NCBI GenBank assembly: GCA_047495785.1
Contig: JBLDXI010000034.1
Coordinates: 62,001 to 126,000 of the forward strand
Reading direction: 5' to 3'
DNA: 64,000 nucleotides
From: Lepidodermella squamata
Taxonomy: Eukaryota > Animalia > Gastrotricha
The translations under genes were made by a program, and so were the position numbers. Shown piece after piece: positions 1 to 11,400 of the stretch. Under the pieces are notes generated by a model, which worked only from the letters and a program-made list of their open reading frames with translations, was not told where the DNA came from and ran no database searches. Position 1 is the stretch's first letter. Each line of letters begins with the position of its first letter.

Positions 1-435
1 TTCCGGCGTGTGCCCGACCAGGTTGGAGAAGCGCTCGATTGGATAGATAAAATCCACGGTTGCTGGAGTCGGTCGAATGACCCAGGTACGGTGGGTCAGC
101 GTTTGAACGGCTCCTTTGTCGGCTGCTCCGCTGGGCAGACTCGCCATCATCCGGAACGCCGACGGTACGCTCTCCATCCGCTGACTTCTTCTCAAGGCCA
201 TCGGCTCCAATTGGTCGGACTGCAGCACAACTACTTGCGTTTGCTGAAAGGATGTCTCCAATCCGCCGACAATGGTGATGGTGCCATCTTGGTGGCGGAC
301 GGGAGCAGCCACATTGGCTGCTTCTAGGCCATATTCGCCGTAGGAAACACCAGATTGTTCCGAGCTGCCGCTTGTTGCGTCGGTCGACGCCGGACTCTCT
401 CGCATGGGTACTACGATTGCCCTCGGCCGGATGTT

Positions 436-622
436 CATATCGTTAGCGGCGCGCCAAAACAACCACTTTACTATTTATAGATTTTACATGGATAGTACGA
501 TCGAGAGTAGAAAAAAATCAGTGCTCAAATGGCCTATCGTACTCTATCATTACGTTCGGCGACTTCAAGTACGATCGAATGAATCATCTAAGTGGTTGTT
601 TTGGCGCGCCGCTAACGATATG
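436..622. mobile_element. MITE-like element with 33-bp perfect terminal inverted repeats
   Basis: CATATCGTTAGCGGCGCGCCAAAACAACCACTT (436-468) is the reverse complement of 590-622. A related, inverted copy lies at about 35030-35095. No TSD is visible. Confidence 0.75.
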
Positions 623-1280
623 CTTAAACACAAAATTATAAATGATGTAGTTTGCTTAAATAACCTGGCGATCGTCCCCAGAGACGTCGCATTTCGCTGC
701 TTATAGAGCTGCATACGGTATTTGGCTGTTTTCGTCGAAACACCTTTTTGGCGCGCGTCATTGGTTCGTAAACAGTGCGAAATCAGTAACGTTTACTGGC
801 CATTAGCTTAGGCATTAAAATTAGCTATGCTTTTAACCCACGACCCGAGCGAAGCGAGAAATTGTTCGATTTTTTCTGTAAAAAAGGGTTCCAAACCCTC
901 CTGAAATTGACTTTTTAGAGTCGCTACTTTTATTTTAGTTCTTTCCATTTTCTTCCTATTGTCACATACCTAGTTATTTGGCTCAAATAAGAGCTCTTTA
1001 CTTACGCCACGTCTTAAATTCTCGAAACTAAGAAAAATGTCAAATTTGCCGTTTTTGTAAACATATTTGAAAAGCTGGCTAGACGCGGCAGTGTTCTTAG
1101 TCATAGATTGCGCCAGATCCATGAGCAATGCTGGATTTCTAAAACAAACGTTTTTACCGCCGGCCATTTTGACGGCTGGCAAGCAACAAGCTCGAAATCC
1201 AAAAATTGAGTAAGACAAATTTCATTTCGGTATCAATCAATTCAAGATGCTAATAAGCAATGCTGGAACTGACAGGATGG

Positions 1281-1611
1281 CAAGGCAATTGTTAAAAAAT
1301 GGTTTCTACGCAACTACTAGTAGGGTCGATAGTCGAACCTTTAATTAGCCACCGTTGCATAATCCCCTTACAAACTTAAACCTGAAGGCGAGCGCAGCGA
1401 GCTTTAGCTGACGATATTTTTGGCGATTTTAGTGTCAGGAATAACCGGAAAATGCTTAAAAACTCGGCATCCATCGTCCTCACAATGGGTGTTTTCTAAT
1501 TACTTTGGTTCTTTAATGGATTTCACAACTCCAATTAAATTTTGAAATTTTCTCACGCCAGACCGAGCTGGGGTGTCGCGACACCCCAGCACCCCTGTAC
1601 TTCGCACCCTG
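1281..1611 (-). mobile_element. One end of a longer relative of the hAT-type MITE at 9220-9513
   Basis: 1558-1611 and about 1290-1345 are reverse complements of 9220-9273 and about 9285-9340. Both contain the 24-bp palindrome GCTGGGGTGTCGCGACACCCCAGC. This copy ends in the TIR ...ACTTCGCACCCTG. Confidence 0.7.
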
Positions 1612-1645
1612 TTCGTAAATGTTGTCATGGCTTCGGTGTTGCCTT

Positions 1646-2470
1646 TCACACCCCATCTGTTAGGCACTTTAGGAGCACAAATATGATAATTGAGCTAAGG
1701 ATGACCACAACAATGATACTCGCTCCCCACCAAGTTATCCCGGAATTGGTCATTTCAGGTGTAATTTCAAAAATTTGACACGATTTGACCATGGTGTGTC
1801 TAGGCAGCTCAATTTTTGAAGAATTAGGCTGCATTAACATGTTTTTCCCGATGATAACAAAGGTCGAGGCGCTAAAACTGCCGTTGATGATATTGGCGTC
1901 ACCTTCGACTTGTAGCATTTCGTGATTACCGTATCCTATTGTGCCTGTCGCCAGAGTAATCAGTGTGGCTGATAGCAATTTGAGTGCAAAGCTTGTATGA
2001 CTTACGTACGAAACCATTGTCGCCTTTGCTAGCCAGAAAGTGGTGTTGTTGAGCTGTATCCATGGTGGTAGATTATCGCAGAAGTTGGCTGTTGCTTTGC
2101 ATATGTTGAGTTGACTTGTTTCGTTCGTCGGATGCATCCAGTTGACCATAGTTAGACTCGTATATGCTTCCCAGGGGCATATTATTGCTTCATGTTTTCG
2201 ATGGCACTTGTTGAGATTAGCATTGAGTATCGGAGACTGTTATGCCAAGACACAGCCCTCTGATAAAATCGTGTAAAATTTTGGATATTTTTCCTCTCTA
2301 CTTTAAGGAAGATGACTATAGTGTCATCTCTCCATTTTTACTCTTTACAAATCTTTACACAGCTATAGATTGTGAAGACGGACAGTTCAGTTCTAGCAGC
2401 CTTGTGAAAGGTAGGCTGGTAGCAATAATTTTCGCTTGGGTTTTTATCGAGAAATTTAATGTTGGGCGAC
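1646..2470 (-). pseudogene. Degenerate env-like type-I membrane glycoprotein, probably from an LTR retroelement
   Basis: The intronless 167-aa ORF has several N-x-S/T sequons and a C-terminal hydrophobic span (WWGASIIVVVILSSIIIFVLL). The frame extends upstream through stops (...NLNKCHRKHEAIICPWEAYTSLTMVNW), resembling CLDACTTISPHKIVCPLEFCDISTTPDW in the Gypsy-linked ORF at 21087. Confidence 0.5.
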
Positions 2471-4086
2471 TACGATTAATATTCCACACTTCTCTATTAT
2501 TTTTCAAATTATTTATAAATTAAAAATTGATCTGAGATTATCTTGACGTGAGAAAGTTCAATTGTGGTGACTTCGATGGTTTTGCGCTAAAACAGACCGA
2601 TAGGCTGCATTCTGATATACGCCCATAAAAACTGTGCGGAGTATATGCGAGTATATGGTTATACACAGGGCTAATAGCATTTTGGTGCATGCACAAGAGA
2701 ATGCACTCAGACGAGAGCGATCGATTCTTCCGCAGTAACATGGTATATTTGCGCATTTTGTTCTCTTGTTTTTTCATTTTTATCATCATTCTTTCTTAGA
2801 TCTCCCGCATCATTTTTGCTGAAAGTAGGACATTGAAAGCATGTGCTTTAAATTACCCACGATTTTAGTAATTCTGACCTGGTCTGTTCATGGGACGGAG
2901 TAGGAATGTTTTCCATAGTTGTCCATTTTAAATCGCAGCAAAATTTTCTTCTAGAATGATTAGAATCTCCGATAGATTGATAGAGGCTTCTTATCAGATT
3001 CTTTAGGAGTTTAGTGAAATCTGAGCTTACCACAAAGTTAAACTCCTCTGTTTTGAGGTTTCAGCAAAAATAGGGTAGAAAGGTTGTTTCGGCTGAGATT
3101 CCGAAAGTGGCTGCTGGCTACTCTGTTAGGAAAATATTCCATTATTTCGTTGTTGTGGCGTTTATCAAGCTGATAATGTGGTTTGGGCCCCTGGATAATT
3201 TGAAACTATCGCCCTTTTCCTCAAACAACCACCTCCAAAACACAACACAACTTCTGATCAAAGATAGAAAGCCAAGTTTGTCGGTTTGGGGCTCAAACTC
3301 CACCTAGAACTTGACAGCTACTTCGACGGAAACTATAGACTTATCGATCGTGCGTGAATCCTACAATCTACTAACGGTCGAAGGTCGAAGCCTTACGAAC
3401 AATCGAAACAGTCTCTTAATTAGATCTAACCAGAAGTACTCTTTATTGCCTTTTAAAATTTAGCATTTGGTATCAGACGCATGCCATCTTCACAATGCTT
3501 AGGAGCCGACTATTCCCATTCATGATTGCTTTGGCCGCTGAGTAGCCACATCTTTACCATATATTACCGGTGAATGGCGGCCCATTCCAGAAGGGAGGAT
3601 TTGCTTGGCGGTTTCACGCTTCCTGTCAACCCTTCCTGTCAGCTTGATAAACGCCGCATTCAATGCATGGATGATTGATGTTGCGGTTATTGGGATTGAA
3701 CACGGTGATTTTGAGATGCCTAGGCCGCTCGATCACATGCTACTTAATTGGTTAAAACTAACGCGATTTATTGGAATTTCTGGTTTATGTTTTGGCTGAT
3801 TATGACCTTTCACAGCAATATACAAAGTGAACCTATCGCTTTGTTATGATATTTACAACTCCCGATTACTGGCCACTTTAACTTCCATCTTTACTCAGTT
3901 GGGCAATCTTTCATCGGTAGCTGTAAATCTGAGGTCATACAGCCTTAGGTCAAGAACAGAACTTCTCAGATTGGCAATTCGGCTTTCGACAACTCCCTGT
4001 TTTCTATCCTTGACATTTTAATTTATGACGCTTGTCATTTAGGACTGAAGCATTCAACGTTTCATTTTTAACAACGATTTGAGCTG

Positions 4087-5975
4087 ATGACTGATAACGA
4101 CCATTGGCTGAAACAGTTTCCTCCGAGGATAGTGGATTCTAGACACCGCCCATCCAAACAAGCGATGGAAAGAAAACGCAAGCGCAACTCTGGGAAACCC
4201 TACCGTCAGTCAGATAAAGGGGTTAGCGCTAAGTTTAATTCCGGTCGTAAGCCTGTTTACTTCAAGTGTGGTTGCTGGCGTAAATGCTCCTTGAAATTCA
4301 ATGAAAATTCAGTCAAACAATGCTTTAACACTTACTGGTCCCGAGCATCTATCGACGCTAGACGAGCATTCATCAACCGTTACGTCAGTTATAAACAGAA
4401 ACGAGAGAATGGTCCTCGAAGATTTGATTATTACTTACCAGGCAACTACTTGGCAACCCCTTCGCCTTCACAATCTAGGGACTCAATCGAAGTATGCAGG
4501 TCTTTCTTTCTGAAGGCGCTCGATGAAACTCGCGCTTTTATAAACACAACTGTTGAGAAAAAAGTCGAAGACGGCTTCTACATCATACCAGATCAACGCG
4601 GTCGCCATAAGCCGCCGAATACCACCAGCGATAATTCTTACAAATTTGTTTATCAGCACATCACTTCTTTGGAGCGATTAGACAGTCATTATGCGAGAAG
4701 TCAAACTAGCAAGCAATATCTCGGGTCCGCGCTCAATCTGAAGGAAATGCATCGAATGTACTGCATAGCACACCAAAACTGGGCTCTGCGTACTGATGAG
4801 AAACCCGTCAAATACGCTACTTACCGATCCATATTCAAGAGATCTTTTCCCAATCTCGCTTTCAGTCATCCGAAGAAGGACACCTGCAAGAAATGCACAC
4901 GATTTGCGACTTTGCCGGATGAACTGTTCACCCATGAAGTGATCGTGGAGAAACGGAACCACGAATCCAACAGAGACGCTGCAAGAGATGCCAAGAATGC
5001 TGACAAAATTCTAGCAAAACAGTCGAAAGGATTGATCTTGTGCATCCAGTTTGATATGCAGTCAATCCTCGAAAGCCCTTGCTGCTCGATAATGTACAAA
5101 AAAAAGTTCCACACCTCAAACCTGACTTTCTACGATACTTCATCAAAAGATGTCTACTGTTTCATGTGGGATCAAACAGAAGGGGGTCGTGGGACGGATG
5201 AAGTTGGTTCATGTCTCTATAAATTCATCACTGAAATGATTCCTGACGAAGTTGAGCAGTTGATTCTATGGAGCGACAGCACTGGAAGCCAAAACAAATC
5301 TCAGTACATTGTCAACGCTTTATTCGCAGCCTTGTCCAATTCCAAAGGTAATCTCAAAGTCATCGATCACAAGTTTTTCGAGCCGGGCCAATGGAATGTG
5401 ATTCCGTGCATGCCATCATTGAAAGGGAAGCTAAGAAACGAGTCAACATCAGCTATTCAAAGGAATGGAGAGAAATCGTGGCCGCGTCGCGGAAGGCTCC
5501 GATTGATGCTGATCTGAGACTCGAAGTGTACGGCGAGGAAACACCAAACCGCTTGAAAGTGAAACCATACAGCATAACTGAAATGCAATTTGCAAGCTTC
5601 TTCAGCTTTGACAAGTCACCAAAGTTCGCTCAGTATTTGCAAGACGAACAGAAAAATGATGTTAAATGGTCGGAGCCATGTTGGTTCAGATACGAGAAAG
5701 ACTACCCTAATTATCTCCAAACCAAGAAAACTTTAGACTTGGCTTTTCATACTTTCGTCGCTAAGCGCTACAACAAAGACGTCATTTTGTTTCCTTTCCA
5801 ACTTGTTCAAAAATACGAAAAGCGATTGCCGATCGAATCCAGTCTTAAGAAGGATCTCATCGAAATGGTCAACAAAGGCACCATTCCAGAAGCTTATCGC
5901 TCAGTCATAATGGCTTACGAAGAAGACGCAGACAAACCTACTGCTTGTAGCATTGACGCTAAACCTCCGCCGTGA
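4087..5975 (+). pseudogene. Sola1-type DDD transposase, frameshifted
   Basis: Motifs include VCRSFFL, DQRGRH, SHYxR..YL, PKKDTC, FDMQ, WDQTEGGRGTDEVGSC, WSDSTGSQNK and HKFFEPG/MECDSVHAIIE. A small deletion near 5390 removes the GH motif and shifts frame between ORFs 4087-5517 and 5391-5975. Confidence 0.85.
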
Positions 5976-7825
5976 CATTACGCCGTCGAAACTTGGATGG
6001 ATATGACTACTTGAAAGCGTTTCAAAATTATTAAAACAAGCTTATTGTTGAGAGTTTGAACTGTGTTTTACTCGAGCTGTCTAGGAACGATTCAGTCCAT
6101 GAGTTTCTGAAACGTTTCCTCCATGATTATCTCGGAATTCCCAGCGCAGATACCTCAGAATGACCGCAGTATCGAAGATATTTGTTGGTCATTATTTGTC
6201 CAGTACGTATATTTTTTCACACAGAATAAAATGGGCTATATCTTACTACATGTGTGCGTAGTACTATTTATAGTGCGTAGTACTCTGGATAGGAATTTTT
6301 TCATTGGCTCCTTATAGCGCAAAATCATCGACTTCAGCTTGATTAGATTTTTCATTTTTTTTTCTTGGATTAATTTCCTTTCATAAGCTGGTGATGATTC
6401 GTGAAAACACACTCGCGAATATCCATGTTACGTTGTGACATTTTATTCGAAGGCCATTGGGATCAGAAATATCAAGCTTCCAACTTCTAACAAGCCTCGC
6501 TAACATTTTTCCTAATTTTTGGCAATTCTGATTTATTTCTTTAAAAATACGGCAACCACACCTTGTTATTCCTGGTGGTTTTGACAATCATACCCTATTA
6601 GGTGATTTATTCAATGCAGAGATATTCTTTATAAATTCTATCTGTGATTGATTTCAAATCGAATGTAAAATCAGCCAAGCGTGACTGAATTACTTTTTGG
6701 ACCATGTTGAAGAAGTTGAAACTGAACATTTCAAGATCATGAATTTTCCACTTTGAGTTGGATGCATTATTATCTCAGGCTGCTAAATTTTGTAAGGTCT
6801 CGCTTGATTCCTCAGCTAGCTGTTGCTCAAATAATTCGAAATTGAAATATTTCTCCGTTTATAGGAATCTATTCACATCTCCATTGGCAATTTCCTATCG
6901 CAAGCCGAAAATCGGTCGATTCAACTTCAGCCAAAATCCCGTCAATCAAGGATGTCTCGATATCACCCAGAGCTGTCTTGAGGAATCCGCCGAAAGTGGA
7001 TCTAACTCGATTCGCCCAGCTTCGAAGACCAGCATTTTGTCAAATCCACCAGAGTGTAATCGCTCGTCTTGTTACATCACAAATTATGCTGCACGTCCGC
7101 CCGAATTTTCTCAGACTTTGTCGAACTTCAAACTCGACTGTTCGATGCTTCGTAACTCATCTCGCAACTCTAGTTTGATTGTGATCCATTTTTAGCTCGA
7201 ACTGCCTTTAAACATGACGAATCAATAAAATTCTCATAATTTTACTCAATTTCCTTCAAAAAGCCTCGATTTTGCTCTATGAAGCCTTAGCAAATTCTTG
7301 CATGAAACATCACTTGGGTTCATTTCCTTCAGTTTTCAGTTATTCTTGATCGCTGGAACCAGCTAGTTCCATTTTAGAACCTTCAGTAACCTGGTTTGAA
7401 GTGACAAGCAGGTAGAATAAGCACATCTCCGACTGCTGCCATGAAAAACCGGCTCTAAAATGCATAAAAACACCGAGTTCAGACCTCGGTTTGCTGGTTG
7501 AACCTCAAACACGAGAATTTTTACGGCGGCGTCGCCTGTTGCCATGGAAACGGCTAGTCAAGGTCGCGTTACTATAATTTTATTTTTCCGATAACTATTT
7601 TGATGAGATAAAATTATTTTTAAGAATTAACAGCGACTTCATTAACAAAATTTTGCGTAAAATAAATCCCACTTTTGTAGGAAAAACAGGCTTCGCTATG
7701 CTAAATTTTGTACATCTTTTGTTTTGTTATTATCAAACTTTGAAACGGATTGAAACATGACTCGAACTTTTTGTTATCGTGCTCTCAACTTTGGGATTTA
7801 TGCACTTGAATGAATAAATAAATAA

Positions 7826-8190
7826 GCTGCCAAAAAAGACTACGAGATCCGATATTCGGATCCAAATCCTGGGTCTGTCTAAATCTCTTTCATTTCGAGT
7901 CAACGATGCGTCGCAGGGCAAAATGCCTGACAGCAAAATGCCTGCCATGACCCGGCGATTCTTTTGACACCGAGTTCGGGGTCAAGTATTCAAGAAACGT
8001 ACAGAAAACAACTTGTAAAAACAGTGAAATTTCGATTGTTGCGGCATAATCTGGGTCTAATTCTGCTTAGCCCCAATTCTTGGGTCCGATGTCTGCCTCT
8101 AACATAATGTTTCGACGTTATTTCACAAGCATTGTAAAGACCTTGTGGCTCCAAATTAAATATCGGATCTCGCAGTCTGTTTTGGTAAGT
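7826..8190. repeat. Dispersed DNA-transposon-like repeats shared with 52679-53400
   Basis: GCCATGACCCGGCG..CTTTTGACACCGA matches 52704-52740. CCAAAAAAGACT.CGAGATCCGATATT.GGATCCAAATCCTGGGTC is the reverse complement of 53349-53395. Confidence 0.65.
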
Positions 8191-8449
8191 GTTGAAGCAG
8201 CTTGAGGATGCTTTATTCAATAAATTTAAGAATTGAGGTCTCCACTAACTTTTAATCAAAGAGCGACATATTTAATAGATTAACATAATATTATATTCAT
8301 TAATATAACATTATATTATATTAAGTCAATAGAAGAAAAGTCCAATCAAACACTGTTTCAGAAGATAATATACCAAGTCTTGAAAATAAAGTCATATTCA
8401 GTTGTTCTAGTTGAGTAGTTCTGTGTATTTGAATGATTTGAGACGGTGA

Positions 8450-11400
8450 CTACAGAGTAAAGCAGGCAAATGGATCGTTGAACGGGCCGCCAATCTGGTT
8501 CTAGAGCACATAGAAAACGACATGTCGATATATTGGGATAGACCACGAGATGAAACTGACCTCGCCAGATCGGCACTTTCCGCGGCGACATTCATACGAA
8601 TTCGAGCCCGTAAAACAGCGATAGTAGTTCTGTTAGGATAATGATAAAATCCCATAATCTCAGATTTGAAGTTGCGTCTTTACCTTGTAGGAGCTCTTAT
8701 GGTTGCAAACGAGCAGATTACGGCTGAAATATTGGTAGCCATTGAAGTTCGGACTCTAGATTTATAGACATTTCGAAAATTTACATTACAGAATTTATCG
8801 CGGCCAAAGAAACTCACGACTGTCGTCTCGTTTGCCAAGCACTTCATGCTACCGGCTATGCATCGGAATCCTGTTTGGCTCACGCATTTTCTAGCGGGCT
8901 GAAAGCAGTAAACAATTTAGTGGAGAATGCGAAGACAGCGAGAGAAACAACGGTCTTGAGAATTTTAATCTTACCCCTAGATTGCATCTGCTCAGCGGGA
9001 ACGTCACGGTCAATCCGCCGAGTTGTTCCTCCCCAGGCTGGCACGATTTGCGACAGGCTTCAAATTCCTTTGTCACCGTGTTGATGCAACGTGCTCGTAC
9101 TTCCTCCTTAGGCGGCTGATCCACCGTAACTGCAAAATAGGAATATTGCCTGAAAGAGCTCGAAGTAATAGTCCCCCAAAAGCCTGGCTCTATGGAATAA
9201 TATTTGAAGCAAGCCCTTCCAGGGTGCGAAGTACAGGGGTGCTGGGGTGTCGCGACACCCCAGCTCGGTCTGGTTCAAGTCAAGGTTCGACTATCGACCC
9301 TACTAGTAGTTGCATAGAAACCATTTTCTTGAACAATTTTCCGCATCATCTCATTTATATAATTGCATTGCCATTTTTTTGAGAATTCAGGGTGAATTTT
9401 AAATAAATCGCCTGCTTCGCTCGTAAGTGGGGTCCAAGTTACTGGTAATGTTCAATTTTTGTGTTGCTCAATATTAGGAACACACCAGCTCGAAAATCCT
9501 ACTTCGCACACTGAGCCCTTCGAACCCTGAAATCTAAGAAATCAAAGTGCAACTTTGAAAGTAAGGTCAAAATGAAACTCAGTCCTATGTTTAGGTGAGA
9601 ATGGGCCCAAATGGCCAGCGGAGTGATCACTCCATTCTCTATGGATACAAGCTAGAATGCGAGAATGGGTTTTTACCTAACTTTGGCGGTGCGGTGCAAG
9701 GAGACAGTGCCGGCGGATTCCCAGCGAGGCAGACGAGCCCAGCCCCGTTACCCAAATTGCGACATGCCTTTCCGGATTCCACGCGGCTGCCACGAGGGAA
9801 CAACAGCTTCGAAAAGTTCTTGCCGACTGTGTCCCAGTCCAGGCAAGGTCCGTTCGAGATGCTGGTCGCGGTTTCCGAGCCTTCGTAGTCGTAGGCACTC
9901 TGCGTGATGATCGACTCGCGGCTCAGATTTGAGGCGGCAACGCCGGGGCAAGTCGCGTAGACCATGAGACGTACCAGGACGCAGCGGCTTCGAAGCTCCC
10001 ATTATCCGGGTTTGCGTAAAAAATCACGTGATGTGTTTAGCACAAGTGTGCATAATAATGACTTTCGATGGCAAATTTTTTATTGAATATGAAATTAATT
10101 TGCCATCGAAAATAAAAATTATAATTGAAAACAAAATAACAGATCTTTTCGCGACCCCGCCGTTTTCTTTAAGATCGAGATCTTCAGGCCACTGCAAAAA
10201 ACTGATCTTTGCGTAAAAACGTGATTTTCATGAATGAGATTTTTTGCTGGTCGCAGAAGAAAAATAACGATAGCTGCTAATGAGGTTATTTTTAGCCACG
10301 ACGACCTTTGGACCTTATTAAAAAATAACACAAAAATCAGGCATCTAAATCGAGGCGCTGCGTCCTGGTACGTCTCATGGCGTAGACAATCAGTTTAAAG
10401 CCTCCTCGAGGGGTTGTGCCTTTGGATCGAAAATACACCATCGCTTGGCTCTTGTCCGTTACGAAAACCCGGCCGCTGTTAACCCCACAAGCGCAAAACC
10501 TGAGAAATAGCGAATCGCTTCATCCTTGAGTTGAAAATACAAAAGTAGGTGTCATACTTGAAGCCAGGATATCCTTCGGCGCCAAAATCGCGAATGATGA
10601 CGTAGTCTTCACACGCCTTAGTGACTGATGAGAAGGAAAAATATGTAGAAGGTTGAATGGCTTTTTCATCAACAAAAAGTAACTAACACTGTAAACAGGG
10701 CATCTTAGGAGGCTCTTCGAAGGCAAAAATCAATCCACTGGTCGAGTTCTGTTAATTGACGAAATTTAAACCATAAAAGTGTTGAAAATAGGAAGTCACT
10801 CACAGTTGAGACAAGCCATGAACATGAACTGCCAGCAGTGTATTGGCCTGGGTAATTGGGCGACACGATCGTAGAGGATTTGCATGGCGTCACCGGCAAG
10901 AGACCGCCGCAGCTGTTGGGTGGAATAGCCGGGGCGAAGGTGTCACAGAAATCCCCTCCGAATCCGTAGGGACAACGGCATTTTTCGCACCATTGCGTTG
11001 GGTCGGGATAGCCGCCGTTTTGGCACGTCAGAGTTTGGCATTTCGTGAAATTATCTGAAACAACATAGATACAAATACAAAGAAGTAAGGGTTGATTTTG
11101 ATTGATTCGGGAGGGGGGGCAACTTTAGGACGCAAATAAAAAAAATAGAATCCAATGAGACGGCTCCCACAGCAAAATCCGAAGAAACTCACCAAAACAT
11201 TTGTACTGGCGGTTCAACTGCAGAATGTCGTAATGCGACAATCGGTCCATGCTGCCGATGAACATAAGTTGGCGCAAATCGGGCGGCTCAATGGCGGCTA
11301 CATCGCCTGTGTAGCTGTTTTGGTCCGAAAGTAGCGTATCGTAATCGAGAGGCGCATCCGGTTGTTGGAAGCTCCAGTCATAGCCAAATGCGTTCATCAT

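Noticed and set aside
1-438. GC-rich stretch with two open minus-strand frames running off the window edge, one containing RNKR
   Set aside because: No recognisable motif, the frame cannot be chosen, and it is truncated by a MITE and the window edge.
6600-7250. Coding-looking minus-strand sequence and the 145-aa plus-strand ORF
   Set aside because: Multiple stops and no motif; the plus ORF looks like an antisense shadow.
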